A DNA stretch of 60,259 nt, filler included, from Sluysia triapertura (GCA_046118255.1; 4 parts of 4 records of this genome joined end to end with filler, not necessarily neighbours in it); one strand, 5' to 3'; positions 24,023 to 39,317 are shown, counted from the whole stretch's first letter. Program-made: numbers and translations. Notes: a model not told the origin generated them from the sequence alone.

Positions 24023-26620
24023 TATTATTATTCAATAATTAGTATTCAATTATTACAATATATTTTCAGTAATAACTTACAGAGGCACACAGAAATTAAT
24101 AATAAATAAACAAGTCTAATGCCATAAAATATGTATTTGTTTAGTAAATAATATATCACATGGACCAATCGTATTACTAAAAATAAATTTGAGCTGGCCT
24201 TTAATTCCATTCAATAAAGTATTATTATTGATCGCTTTATGTATATGTGATTTAAAATAATAATAATAATTTAAAAAATACAAGTTTTCTCACAAAAATA
24301 CTTTCTTAGTACAACAATTCAAATATAATTTAATAATAATAATAATAAATAAAACAGCAAAGAGTAAATAAAGAATGTTAAATGTCTCATTTCAATATCT
24401 TATTGGCACATTTGGATAGGGAAGAATGACAGTATATAAAATCAATAAAATATTTGATAATGAGAATGGAAGAAATTGAATACTACCTAGGATCGAGTAG
24501 ACGGAATTACATGGAAGAAGCGATAAATGGAGGTCTTTAAAAACTATTTCATTATTATTATTCAAACATATTTCAATAATATTTACAAGTACAAATACAA
24601 ATTTACAGTTAGAAGAAAACACTTTCTACTGAACACGTATTCCGATAATTCATTTGTCATTTTAATAGGAAGTAATCGAATTTTTTATAAATGTTATAAA
24701 TATAAATATAAATCAAGTATTACCTATAACTCATTATAATAATTGATTCATTTTTTACAATTACGTATAGAAAAAATTAAAGCAACCAATCAAATATCAA
24801 TTACTAAAAATAGAGCCCAAGTATTTAAAACAATAACAAATTTCATTGAGTATTTTAATGAAATAATAAATAGCTTTATAGAAATTCATGATCGCTGGAC
24901 AGGACATCTGTAGCTTTATATGAGTAGAGAATTAAATATGCTTAGAAATTGAAAATCGTTCCTATAGCAATAGAAACTTACATCTAATTTGTCATTCTGC
25001 TCGTATTTCTGCATTAATTGAATAGCGGTGCAGAATAAATAAATAAAATATGATCATTAATGTATTCTGTGATTACTGCTCGAACATCACAAAAACTTCT
25101 GCAACAGACACCACAATGTTTACTAAAACACCAAATAATAATACTCATACAAAACACCTTTACATTTGTTTGTATAGTAACACATGTGACTGCTTCATAT
25201 CCAAATTAGGTCTGTCTTATGTTTCTTGTCATGATTACATGCATACACACCTTCCAATTGCATTATTTCAAATTCGGAATGTATTTATCAATTGTGGAAC
25301 ACTTTGTAAATTGAGTCATTTTTACAATTAAACATATTTCATTTGTAAAACATGATACAAATTGATTATATTTTTATATAATATTAACAATGAATATTTC
25401 GTATTTCCTCATTTATCATTTCCTTCGAATACTCAAATAAATCTGCAACAATGTCAAGATAAAGCTGTGTTCTGATTGAAATACGTTTCTATTTGCAAGA
25501 ATCACTTTATTACGATGCTGCAATAACGATGCGCTCGGATAATTTCAAAACATGCACCATTTTAAATAAATTTTTAATATTGTAAAACATATAATAATTC
25601 ATATAAAAATATTAAGTTATTATTGATGATATTTTCAGTTGTGCGTTAATCATTGAAATATAAATTAATTACTGTTTCATGCACACATTATTATTATTAT
25701 TATTATTATTTAATAATTGAATTATCTAAAATCTCTAATATTTCTTTAATTTTCTAAATCAATTCGTCTTCATCCCCCTCGTGTCCAAAGAACGATGATA
25801 TTATGAATATTAACAATAACAATAAATGTTTCTGTGTCTAAATAATTATAATTTCCAATAAATAATATTCATTTATAACTTAATCTCAAATTTAATCTAT
25901 CCAATATACAATATCAATCAACAACATTGATTTTAAAATAAAGAATCGAATTTTATTGAATGGAATTTCAAATATTGGCTTGTAAATACGTAAAAATTCG
26001 ACAAATCTTCCATCGAGAAAAAACAAAACAACTGATTAATTAAATCGTAAGATTAATCGATTAAAATAGACGGACTTATAATACAGAAACATATTCGCAA
26101 GCAGAGCTGCAATAAGTGCAATTTTCTCATTTCAGCTTTCTGTGAATATGTTTCCAAAATGTATAATCTAATAACGATTTAATAAATCAATAAATTAAAT
26201 AAAAAATAATTCCACAAATTATCAATAAGAAATCGATCGTTTTAAAAAATAACAATTCAATTACAACATTTGTTTACTACTTAATTATCATTATCAATAA
26301 ATAAACTTACATTCATTTTCTTCGAGCATATTTGAAATAGTCAGTTATAACTTTTCCATTTTTCATAATCACATTTAGTTGTATCAATCGATTTCCACAT
26401 TAAATTCTGTGGTTTTATTTAAGGTTACATTTAAATGCATATTACGAGTTTGAAAATTGCGCGAATAATAGTACAATGTGTCTTTAAATGTCAAGACACA
26501 ACAACAATAACAATATTAACATCAATATTAAAAAGGTCATTATGTTTAATAATACTTTTGATATGTACTTTTATTACATTTACTCAAAAAGTGGCTGAGT
26601 AATCATTGAACTTTTTCAAT

Positions 26621-27139
26621 TTATGTGGTACATTTTAATTCGCACAATTTTTTATAATAATCCCTTTCACGTTGCAACTGCGAAACTATCGAGTTTAAAT
26701 GTGCAATCTCAACCTCATACATTTTTATATGAGCATCATTTTCGAATTTGAGGTTTTGTTTGCGAGAACGACTTAATCGTGCATAATGACGATTTTTCAG
26801 TGTCCTTCGTTTACGTTTGATTTCTTTTAATCGATCACAATTTTCTTGATTTTTAAACAATAAATTTAAATGTTTTATTGACATTTCTATTAATCTTTCA
26901 TCGTTTAAATCGACATCGATTTCGTTCAAGGTTTGATTCTGATCATGATCTTGATCTACACCTTCATTGTTGATATTTACATCGCCATCGAAGACACTTA
27001 CATCAGGTAGATCATCGATCAAGTCAAAATCTGATGATAATAACAACTTATCTAAATATTCATTTTCAATATTGAAGCCGCTTTCATTTAAGCCCGTCTA
27101 AAATGCAAAATCAAATAAAATTACATTTAATTGTTTCAT
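26621..27139 (-). CDS. Maf-family bZIP transcription factor; predicted exons 27125-27139 and 26621-27097
   Basis: Maf extended-homology region (DERLIEMSIKHLN) and basic region KRKRRTLKNRHYARLSRSRK with the Maf-type Tyr, followed by a zipper ending ERDYYKK. The upstream frame is open to an AG at 27098. The ATG lies in a 15-nt first exon beyond a 27-nt GT-AG intron. Confidence 0.9.
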
Positions 27140-27959
27140 TTTTCGAGATAATTTCTACAACAATAATAAAATACCGAATTTGTTATCAATAATGTAGAAA
27201 GTAATATTACAAGAACAAAATATCAAATAACTCATTATTTGGAAATCAACGAAGAGAAGACAGAATTTAGTATAAACGATGATGCATTACAACGTAAGAA
27301 TGCCTTATGGATTCAAAGGTGAACATGGATAATAATACTAATTGTATTGTGAATACGATTTAAAGAGAATATCAAATATTAGAATATTCATTCACTGATA
27401 ACTAATATAGATTTCCATAATTACATACCGTACTTGATTAGATACAGATAACACCTTATCTAAAAGTATTATTATAGAATAAAAGCAAGAGTATAATTCC
27501 AATTATGACAATAATTCATGGAAGTCCTGCATATCTCTAAAGGTGATCAAAATGTGAAAACCAAAATCAACATAAGAAACAGGATGTCTGTTTCAAAAAT
27601 CCACTATACTTTTTAGAAACAATGAAATTAATTCGATTCCATAAGAGATTACCAATCACATTTCATTTAAGAATACCTTTATTAAGGTCAACTTTTTAAA
27701 ATGTTGTAAATGATTTATCCACTCCGTTTTCATTTGTAATTCAAGTTAATCTCGAAAGGTTGGACTGCTAACTCAAGCAGTAGAATTAGATATGTCTAAT
27801 AGTACAAAGATTGTTTCAGTAAAAACAATAGTTGAATATTCAATATAGAATTAAACAGCAAAGATTGGCATTAATTATACTCTCCAGATGAAAATTAAAA
27901 TTGACAAAATGTGAATAAAAATTAAATATCACAGTATCGAAGAAAGCTAACTAATAACA

Positions 27960-28260
27960 CTTCTACTACTGTTACTACAAAAACTGCTACTACTACTACT
28001 AGTACTAGTACTACTACTATTATTATTACTACTACTACTACTTCTACTACTGCTCTTCTACTACTATTACTACTCCGACTATTACTACTACTATTATTAT
28101 TACTACTACCACTACCACTGCTACTACTACCACTACTACCACTAGTACAACTATTACTACTACAACTGCTACCACTACTACTACTATTACAACTACTACT
28201 ACTCCTACTACTCTTACTACTAGTACTACTACTACTAATAATAATAATAATAACTAGTAA
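27960..28260. repeat. Degenerate (ACT)n microsatellite grading into (AAT)n
   Basis: About 300 bp of ACT/ACC/ATT triplets. Confidence 0.9.
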
Positions 28261-30456
28261 TGATTATTCCAATGCAATTTTAAGAAAATAAAAGGCAAAA
28301 ATGCTACTAAAACAAGCACCACTTATAATAAAGAGCTACCAGCAGAAAGAATAACATATTAAATTAAATATTTCAATATTGGAGTAGTTATTTCAATAAA
28401 AAGTAATTGTTGTAGAAATTATGACACTGTCTTACTGAATAATCATTACAAATTTGGATATTGTTTCATATTTAACATTCCACTGCATATTTAAAAACTG
28501 TATAAAATAGTTAAATTTAAGTACTTAATAATAGATAGTCGACACATTAAATTTTGTTTATGAACGAGACAATTTCTTCATTTTATCTTAAGACGATGCC
28601 ACGTCGTTATTTAATACTTGTGATATTTTATTATTAATCTTTATTACTCTCATCTGCCTCAATTTCACACTCTAATCTCTTACACAAAGTTGAAGCAGCA
28701 CTTCTCATTCTTTAATTGTCAAACGAGAATATTCTGCACTAATCCGCTGTGTAAATAAACAGTTGTGCTACTACTGTAACAATGCTTCATAATTCCTCTT
28801 TCTATTTTAAACATTCTCATTGAAGCTCAAAAATTATTTTTACATCCTTATCAAATTCTATAATTACAGATAATGAATGTACATAAAATAACTATTCAAA
28901 GACATTCACGAGCACGCATATACTAACAAACAACAATACAGTGTTATTCATCAACATTCTGTGTTTTTTATAAACCATTCTTCATAGCTTTGCAATTAAT
29001 AAAGATACCTTTCTTTACAAATTCATTCGATGAATTGCGGACATCAAGTTATGCTAATAAATCATTCACTTCGTGTCATGTCGAGTTTTTTAAACGATGT
29101 TAGTTAAAGAAATTATTCAACATAAATTTGCTGAAGCATGACTTCCATCAGAAGTTCCAAAATAGCAGCTTGTAAGAAACTTTATCTATGCCGCAAAAAC
29201 TTTTACTTTAAATCAATCAGAAATAAAATCGAATTATCGATTATTACTTCTCTGCGGCTAGAAATGAAAATCCGCCAAAATGTCATTAAATGCTATTCAA
29301 ACACCTTTTGCATGCGTTTCAAAATGTGTGGTACTTTTGTTTCATTAAGCAATATTTATCTATTAAGTTCAGCCCGAAAGTTGCTGTCACAGCATATTCC
29401 CAACTAATTTACATTACTGGCTTCGAGAATAGATTAAAAAAGAAGTGTAATTTCCTAAATTTCAAATAATCAAATAATAATTAATTTTATTAAAAATATT
29501 ACCAAAAATATCAATATGCAACTCGATCAGATAAATCCGAAATACATTTTACATAATTTAATAATTTTACAAGTCTAATTTAAATATTTAAAATACAAAA
29601 ATCATTTGAGATAGACGTTATTGCATTACTTTCTAATTAGGGCTGCTTATAATTTATGCTTCTAACAATGATATATTCCTTGTATTAAATATTACTTTTT
29701 AATTTATTACTTTTCCTTTTATTACGTTATTACTTTTTTATTAAATCCTTTTGCAGTCTCAATATAAAACACTGATAAATTATCGCAATAATTATTCTTA
29801 AAACATACTTTTCCTTTTCATTAAAATTAGGTTTTACCATTAAAAATATAATGCTTCATAATACTTTCACAGCAAAATCTAATTAGGTTACTGAACAAAA
29901 ACATTTTGCAACTTTCGTTTTTAACTTATTTGGATAATTAAAAATTAATATATAAAACCGATTTCGATTAATTTAAGTCCGTTTTCAAAATCTAAATTCT
30001 AATAGTTAATAATAATATCCAAATTTGTATTTCTTAATATACTAGTAAAAACAATTAATAATTTTTTAAAATGTTTAGCTCAGCACAATTAATGAGTTAT
30101 ATTCAGTAAAACAAATTTGATTTAGTTCAAAATATTTTTAATGAATTTATTGGAATCATTTTTAAGAACAATTCCATTTTATCATTATGAAATCTTTTGT
30201 ACGGTAACAAACGACAATATATATACCAAATTAAAGTTGTTTGCATTGATTTTAAACAGCATTTACAACACATTTAAATGCTTCAATAACATTCACTTTT
30301 ATTAGTGCTAGTATTTTTCTTATACTTAACAAATTATCCGATAGGTCGGTTCGCCTAATATAAACGTTTTACACCAAAGGTTGGAGACATACTATTAGGT
30401 TTTCTTAAACTTATTAACTGTTATATTTATTATTAGTTAATTACTTCTACAACCCT

Positions 30457-30556
30457 NNNNNNNNNNNNNNNNNNNNNNNNNNNNNNNNNNNNNNNNNNNN
30501 TTAATTAATTAANNNNNNNNNNNNNNNNNNNNNNNNNNNNNNNNNNNNNNNNNNNN
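30457..30556. other. Artificial scaffold-joining spacer
   Basis: N44-TTAATTAATTAA-N44. Confidence 0.95.
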
Positions 30557-31866
30557 ATAGTAATAATAAATAATAGTATTAGTAATAATAATAACTATAA
30601 TAATAGTAATAGTATGATGATGATAATTATAAAATAATATAAATAATCAAATTACACTGAAGTCGACAAAATAAACTGATTGTTGTTGTTAGGTGTTCTT
30701 GCAACTCTGTTGAGTAAAATAAATATAAATTGCGCATAAATTGATTGACGTATTAATTCACTATTATTATTGAACGGATAAAAGTCATTTTGAGGCAGTT
30801 TAAACAGCGGAGGACATAAGAAACTGGCTATATTCCAATTTGTTTCCCGTGATTTATCAATCACATATTCCTGTATAATGTAAAAATTAAATATAAAACA
30901 CAACTAATTAATCAATCGAAAACACGTTATATTATTAATTATTGTATTTAGAAACCCATATTATGTTTCGGTTCAAAATAAGCTTTTCGATGGTTGTATT
31001 TTAACTATCCTATTTGTCTAAGAACACATAAGCATAAAACCTACACAGATATGACAGTTTTAAGTCCAAAATGTATTAAAAATTTGCATTTTACTTATTA
31101 CTTTTTCAGGTATCCTTTTTATTTTAGAATTAAAGAGTGTGATACTCTTTGAAACAAGGGTATATGCACAATCCAACGTTACATTTACTATATTGAAATT
31201 TTGTATCTTTTCTTATTTTTTCCCTTCTCTTCGTGTAGCTACTTAAAACACATTTTCTTCGTTATTGAAGCTTTGATGGAAAATGTCGATATAGAATGCA
31301 CTATATTGAGAAAAATATGACGAAAACAACATTTTATTGATAAAACAATTCATTAGTTTGTTTATTTTGCTTGTATTGTTTATATTATTTATCTAAATTT
31401 TGTTTTAGTTTATTCAAATGTTTTATAATAAAAACTTATTAATTTTAAAAATGGCATATGTGAAATTTATTTTATTTATGTTATAATTTTTCTAATAATA
31501 ATGAATTATTAAAGAATTCATTATTACCAGAGACTAAGAGTCCATTTCAACACATTCAAATATTTATAACCCATAATTACATAACAATTTACTATTTACA
31601 GAAATGTTATTTACTTAACTGAAAAATTTCTCAGACACTGTTGAAGAATAAATGAATCTTAGAAAAGTGGTTTCATGGATTAATTTTATTAACCCTTTGT
31701 GATCCATTGATTTTATTAGATTGCTAGTAGCCAGGTCCATGTTAATTTTTAGAACGAATGAATGGAAAATGAATAAGTATTTGACGAAATCATGGAGATT
31801 TAGTTAAGATCAATATAAATTTAATACATTCATACCTCGACTTATTGTCACCTTTCGTCTTTCTTA

Positions 31867-32197
31867 TTTTAGATATCAAAAACAACAAATGTAATTTTAT
31901 GTTATCCTTCTGCGGATAGTACTCTTTGTTACGTGATCTTACTGATTTTATTCTGATGTCATTGCTGGATTTTTTACGCAGCGAAGGACTTTAGATTTAA
32001 ACGAACTTATCTTCGTTATTACGAGTGATCAACTAAAACAAAGTTTTCAGCACGAGTGGAACTAAATTTTAGAGGAAACTTGCCAGAAAGTATGTCGCAG
32101 TGTTTTCAAAAGATGTCGTACTTATATTGAAGTTCAATGTGAACATTTGTAAATACTAAATATAACTAATAAATTTGTCGTTTTTGATATCTAATTT
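31867..32197 (+). mobile_element. Tc1/mariner-superfamily relic
   Basis: Inverted repeat TTAGATATCAAAAACAACAAAT / ATTTGTCGTTTTTGATATCTAA enclosing LDFF and CQKVCRSVFKRCRTYIEVQCEHL*, which resemble transposase C-termini of the R..CIE..G.H type. Confidence 0.5.
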
Positions 32198-32877
32198 TTA
32201 TTGAAGTTTGCACCATGCATATTAATATTATAAAATTACTAAATTTAAAAACTATTATTGTAAATAATATCAAACATCATATTTAATTTTGATATCAAAA
32301 TAGTTGCGCTAATTAAACCATATATTACAGTAAACTCATCTCCGTGGTAGTTAGAAGATTATGCAAAAGCTCTACAAATGAGAGAATGATTGTGCGAATT
32401 ATTGAGAGAATAAATTTGACATGACACAAGATCTCATAAATTGCGATCCGATGTACGCCAATATAACATGACTTCATTTTTCAACCTCACAAATGATGGA
32501 CAATTCACTTCAACTCTACAATTTGGCTCGATTTCCATTGCTCAAATCATTACCAAAACCTTTCTCATCTATATTCAAAAAATATACTTATCAAGATCGA
32601 TATTGAACATAATCAGAATTCTATTGCGATAAAATATGGAGACACAAATGTCAGTTCATCCAAATCAGAGAGAGTCAAGTCTATTGTCGATTGTTCATGT
32701 AAGAATTTTGTCTCATGATTTAGATTTCTATATATTATTCTAATAGGAACTCAAAATTTTACAAAAGTACCTGACAAACTTATTAAATTTGAATTTTACG
32801 AAATTGATTTAAGCCGAGCCTTAAGTTCAAATATAGTAAAAAAATATCAAGTTATTACGAAAAATATAATTGTGATG

Positions 32878-33494
32878 TTAACTTATTTGAGAAATATCCT
32901 TAGACTCAACAGCGTATTGTAATAAATTATGTTTAACATACCCCTTGAGGGTTAATAGTGAACGCTCTCTTATGATAATAATAATAATGATAAATAAACT
33001 AAATTGTGGTAAATCTAATTTAATAGTTAATTTTGCATCAAATTCATCTAAGCTTATCTTAAAAATGAGATCATAACATATTACGACAAATTTGGTACCC
33101 TGAAACCGCACAAAAATTATAAATTACCTTAAAGAAACCAATCACAAAAAGTAAAACAGCAAGATTAATAGCCGACAGACTTCTTATTGAAATATTATAA
33201 TTGTTTTCTGTCGGATTGACTGATAAAGTTGAATTTGGTGAAGATGGTGACGATGACAATGAGGATGCTGATGATATTATATTAGAAGAGACAATAGTTT
33301 GATATGTAACAACTGGTTGAGGTAAACATTCGAACCAATGAAGGAACACAGCTAATGAAACATTCTTGAGATTAGGAACTGCTGCTGACTGTTTATTGCA
33401 CATTGAGACACACCAATAATCTATGCAGTTTATTGCTTCAACTAGTTTCGAAGACAATGATGATTGATAAGGATACGAAGCATGCATACATGCG
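32878..33494 (-). CDS. Probable RhoGAP-like domain exon(s), OCRL/INPP5B-type; partial
   Basis: VSLAVFLHWFECLPQPVVTY...IRSLSAINLAVLLFVIGFFK resembles the RhoGAP core LL.FL..LPEPVI ... LP....VF.YL..FL. Exon 33128-33494 is bounded by AG/GT, and a 28-nt intron (33100-33127) joins it in frame to ORF 32878-33111. Confidence 0.4.
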
Positions 33495-34964
33495 CTGAAT
33501 ATAAATAATACTTTTAATTCATATTGTGTGTTCTAAATGTTTGTGTAAACTGTGATAATCATAGATATTTGATCAAATTGTTGGGATAAAATTTTAAAAG
33601 ACGAATGTCCAAAAGTCGAATCATAAGAGGCACAATAAAAGGGGACTATGCTGACTTTCGTTGTGAAAAATTTATGAAACTTTTATGGATATTTTGAAGA
33701 TAAAAAAAAGGAAATATCTAAAAACATGAAAAAATGTCAATATTTAACAAGATTATATTTAAGATCATGAAGAAGTATGTACCAGTTTGAAAAATATTGT
33801 CTACTATTATTTATGTTTTGATTAAGCTAAATAATGAATCAAAATATGACACAGTCGAACTTTTAAAAATTAATATTTTTATCTCTATTTATCATATTTA
33901 TTTAGATATTATGATTTTAATGAATTTTTCCTAATAACGAATTTCTTAGATTTTATAAATCTCTTAGTAAAGCGTTTCTTAGAAATTATTTTGAAACAAA
34001 AGCATATAACATATCACTTATCTTAAATCAAATTTAGTTTGGTTTCCAAAATTGTATCAATAAATGATAATTGGTTGTGTCGTTTCGTTATTAATAAATT
34101 TTCAAATAACACTTTTTAACAGTGTAATTAATATTTTCTTAGATGTTCAGTTTCAAATCCAATATTTTGTTTTAACTTTGTTTAATTTATTTTAACATCA
34201 TGACAATTTTTATTACTGAAAATTATAAATTCTGACATTTCATTGATTTTCAAATATGTATTTCAGTTATTAGTTAATTTTTCTAATCACATTTAGTATA
34301 TATTTGAATATCATCGGAATCTATATGGTATTTATAACCACGTCATTCAATTGTACTTTAAATATTATTGATTGACATATAAGCAATAATGAATCAAATA
34401 ATTATCTCTGAATAACCTGTTTACTTTATATTTAATTTTAGAATATTTAATAAAATGTATTTAAATAAGATAACCAATCCTTTTTTATATATCAACAGCA
34501 ACAATAATCAAAATTATTTAAAATATCAAAATATATTAAAATAGCTTTATCGCTAGGCAAAATGACACCATTCATTTAATTTATATTATTTTAATTAATA
34601 ATAAATTAAGATATTTAAAATATGACCTTGATGTATCATATTTATATTTGAGAAGTCTAAAAAGTAATTATAAAATACAACAATTTTAATCTTAAATAGT
34701 GATATAAAATTCAGTATTCATATTGAAATATTAATAAATTAATGAATTCTTAATCTGAAACAGTATTGAATTCCATAAAAATTAAATAAAGATATAATCA
34801 AACATTAAATTAGACATTGAATTATTATTCTCACAGAAAATTTTTATCAAACATTTAATATAATTATTTTACTTAGATTTTAATTTGTTTTTTATTTTCC
34901 TTTATTTCATTTGTAACCTTAGTTATTATTATTTATTATTAATAAATTACTCATATAATATTAA

Positions 34965-35132
34965 AACGTTGAATGCCACGCTAATTTTACATGATTTGCC
35001 CGTCTGGCCAAAATGAATTTCTCAGTATGTGTTGCATATTTTGATGAAATATTATTTACAACATAACATGTTAATTTTTGTAATTATTAGTGACGCATTT
35101 AATTCACTGAGGTCTCTGTAGCATTCAACGTT
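34965..35132. mobile_element. piggyBac-like MITE (168 bp)
   Basis: TIRs AACGTTGAATGCCAC / GTAGCATTCAACGTT, with TTAA on both sides (34961-34964 and 35133-35136). Confidence 0.75.
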
Positions 35133-35311
35133 TTAAAAATGTAAAAACTCATAATAGAAATGGTAATAGGAATAACTTCATATAATTTTGTTTTGCCAGA
35201 GAATGGATTAATCTATATAAGGAAAAAATGTGCATATTAAAAAATCATTTATAAGCTGAATAATGTTTATAAATTATAAATTATAAATTATAAAAAACTG
35301 TTTCAAATATT

Positions 35312-35790
35312 TTGTTAATGTATATCTTTGATAAAAGTAAAAGTTTTTGGTTTATAAAATTATATATTGAATATATCGTGGAATATGACAATTTAATGCG
35401 GTGCATTTTATTAACAAATGTAAATATTCTCTGCAGTAGCAATCAGAGACTAATGTTAATCAGAATGATGCAGGAATCTGCGTTAAGTAAAATATTCTCC
35501 ATCTCGAAGTCCCAATACATTAAACTATGCAGATGTGATTTGAGTTATGCAGAACCGAGTAAAATATGGACGAAAATAAGAACTGAATTCCTAAGATCGA
35601 ATATATATTCTTTTGGATGCAGTACCATAGGCTTTAACTATGTTACTGTATGCTTTATTCGTTATCAGATAGCCAATATCAAAATCTTTTCATTTTATTT
35701 TTTAAAATTTAAATTTACGAATAACATTAGCATTTTAGTGGGAACCTTCTATCCAAAGATAAAATAGAAACGACAATAGGACAAAATTTT
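35312..35790 (+). pseudogene. Possible multicopy family copy D (C-terminal part, diverged)
   Basis: TIGFNY...RYQIANIKIFSF resembles NIGFTD...YYHI...ITNIKIFIF of copy C. Weak match. Confidence 0.35.
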
Positions 35791-35949
35791 ATAATATAAA
35801 CATTAAAACTGAAAAACATAACATCCCAAAAGTAAAGGCTCAGATTCAATAAGAGCATAAATGTTCCTTAAAATGCTCTTTTTGAATCCACATATTTTCT
35901 TAAAAAATACAACAGCAACTTCAATTAAATCTGCTTTACAAACCATTTT

Positions 35950-37235
35950 GGCCAACGATAGATTCACGATGGACTGACGTTTACGCATATTCGCTTTACT
36001 TGGCTACGTGACACTGATATTGGTGATACTAATACAAAAGACACTGATTTGATAGCCAGATAAGAATAAGTTTCGTGATTGTCAACGAGGATTTCTGGGG
36101 GCTTTATTTTGCATCAAGTAACATTACGTGATTGTCCTGCGACAAAGATGATAGCCGTTTGATTTTACGAATTTGTCTTTATAATTTTTTGAAGACCGAA
36201 TAACGTGGGTTTTCTACTATATGTCAGACATACTCGCTATTGCTGATTCCTTTAGGAGTGAAAACACGTGAGGAATCGTTGTGGCCTGACATCGTGTCGG
36301 GATTGGAAAAGTATTCTCGAATATACGATGAAAATATTTTCTCTTTTGTGAATGCAGTATTGAAAAGTTCGCGAGGCATTCCTTACACTATTTGTGCAAG
36401 AGAATATTCTGTCGAAATATGTGGGATATTTCTCCAACCAAGAAGGATCAAAGGTAGTGCATCAGATCAGTTATGTTTTATCGATAAGAAACGTAGTGAG
36501 ACGTTCTATCATCCAGTTCTGAGTCTGGAACTTCCGAGATGTTTCATTAAGTTGTTAAGTAGTTCTGACTCGAACTGAGTTACTTGATCAACTATTGTGT
36601 GTTTCAGAACTCCAAACCTTTGTAACAAGTATTTGTAATATAGTGATTCCTCCAACCAACACCTATGTCGATCTATAATTTATAACCTTTAGAGTTCGGG
36701 AGGGAACCGACAATGTTCTTATTAATAGTTTCAAAGAGTTGCCCTTTAGGAAGGTGGATGACTAGTTAAGCAATTTACAACAGTAATTGATATCTTTGTG
36801 CGTGAAAGGCCAAACGACTTTAGCTTCGGAATGAGTCATATTATGCATCAGTTAGGTCGTGAGTTTTCTGAAAAATGATGATATTAATAAAGACCTCACA
36901 AGAATGATACGTTTTCTGCAGAAGATTATCACCTTTAAGATCTTCTATTGTGACCCTTGATAAAGCGTGTACGTTCACGTTTTCATGTCTCAGAATATGC
37001 TGAATATCGAAGTTGAATTGCGACAGGTAAGCGATATGTCCTTGTCGAGGAGATGGATTTTGCATCAAATATAACATCAAATGTTTGTGGTCGGCTCATA
37101 GTAAGAACTTGGCTGGCATTAGAAAGTATTCAAAATGATTGGCAACTGGATAAATCGCTAGGATTTCACGGTCGAGAGCTGAATGTCGCAGCTTGTGAGA
37201 ATAAAATTCTAGAGGTTTAGAAAACTCATCGTGAT
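35950..37235 (-). mobile_element. Ty3/gypsy pol remnant (RNase H and integrase), decayed
   Basis: Minus-strand peptides KPLEFYSHKL, DREILAI, ADHKHL, SPRQGHIAYLSQFNFDIQHI..ENVNVHALSR, VGSLPNSKGYK and FGVLKHTIVDQVTQFES, with many stops. Confidence 0.85.
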
Positions 37236-39317
37236 ATTGTGTTAAAATTAATTTATTAATGTATTCAAATTAATTTATTTTTACGTAACATAACATTCAA
37301 TATTCAATAAAATTTAACAAACTCTTTAATATTAAAAATTGTTATAATATTAAAAAATGTTATAAAGACTGAATAAATCGAATGCTTGAAAAATTCCATA
37401 AATATAATAAAAATCAATAAAATGTATCAACTATTATAATGCTTGCTACAAACAAATACCTGAAAATATAAATATTATACTTTAACTTATAACTGTATAT
37501 AATGCTTGAATAAATCGAACGCTATAATCGAATACATGAAAGTACAAAAAGCGAGTGCGAAGGAATAATACATGGTGAGCCACAAACTAGTTGAATAATA
37601 TATTTGGAATATATTGGATGTGTGTAAAATAATAGACTGAAATTAAATGTTCAGAATGTTGATATGAATAATATGAGAGTCGTGAGAGACTGAGCATTTA
37701 TACATTTTGTATATATATTTTATTATTTATTTTATTTAATACAAAATTATTATTTATTAAAATTATTATTTATTAAAAATTACAAAATTACTAAACCTAT
37801 AATTAAAAAATTTTATTAAAATTATATTTTACTAAGTAGATTAAATTAATGTTACTAATTAAAAAATTAGAATTATAGAAAATATAATAGGTATATGTTT
37901 TGTCAAAATAAAAATTAATATGGCTTCCAATTGCCAAACACTACAAATTTAAACAGAGACATAAGAGATAAACAAAAGTAGTAGCAAGCGCTTGCATACG
38001 ATTAGTGTAAACACAATTTGTAACAAGTAGTTATTTTGATAAGTTCAATAAAATTATTCCTACGATCCATTGTGAAAATTAGAATCACAATCGGAGTTAT
38101 TTCTTTTAGATGACAAATAATCAAAATTGGTATTGTTTCTCTTTCTCATAAAAATTACCAAAACAGTTTTAATTTTCAAATGACTCTATTTATTAATAAC
38201 TTAACGTCTTTTTCGTATTATTTTATTTGTTAATTTGTGTTTTGTATTTTTAATATATAATCGTTGAATTGGACAGTCCATTATTTAAATACATAACAAA
38301 TTATTATGAACAATTTTACAAGTAAAAATTCCTGTACAGAAAATTTTCAAATTATTAACTACTATTATTTTTAATTTATTAATTTATGAGCGTACATTAA
38401 AATATTATTATTATACACGTTTATTTTTCAATACATTTACTGTATTACAACACACTCAAAATTTTCAGTACATTATGTACTATTAACATTTCTTCGTTTA
38501 AGTTAGACACATTTACTACTTATTAGCATTCATTTATGAGTAATAATTATCATTCATTCGTTTATTTTAATAATTCGACAGAACCATTTAATGTATTATA
38601 ATTAACATCATCAACGTTTTAATATTTGTTATTCGACAAAATCTCATTCTAACGCATTTATTAACATTTAAATAATACTACTAGTAATTCAAACAAATTC
38701 TTTAGCAACGTTTCAAATATCTATCACTATTCAATTTTTTATCAGACGTTCATACGTCTTATTCCAACATACATTTATTAGTATTACATTTAAGTAAAAT
38801 TCCAAAACCCCTCTAAATAGGGATCATGGCAGTTAATGGGTTAATAAAATATTAAAAATAAAGAATTTAAAGATTTGCACTCATATTATGATCACCTTCA
38901 TATGTTTTTATGTGCATATCAAAATTAGGATATCTTAAAAATAGTTTTTTATTTTTTTGCTTTATATCCATAAAATTTCATAATTTAACTTATTCAATTC
39001 TATTTTTGTTACTGTATCATTGTTGTTATTTATGAAACTTTACTGTTTTTAAGTTAATAATTTATTAAAGCAATGTCCTTAAATGTGTCTTAATTCATAA
39101 TTTACTGTATATACTTTTCAGTAATCAATTTATATTCCCATTTATCTAAATAAGCTTTATATTCTATAATTATAATCCAATAATTATAAATCTAAAAATA
39201 ACATTACCACAAATAGTAACTTTCAAAATAATAATAAATGATTATAATAAACAAAAACAATGTATTTTTATTGATTGATTTAGTTATTTAATTTTATCGA
39301 ATCTCTAAATTATTTAG

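Noticed and set aside
27960-28260. Poly-Thr mucin exon
   Set aside because: No start codon, splice context or flanking coding sequence was seen. It is a simple ACT microsatellite.
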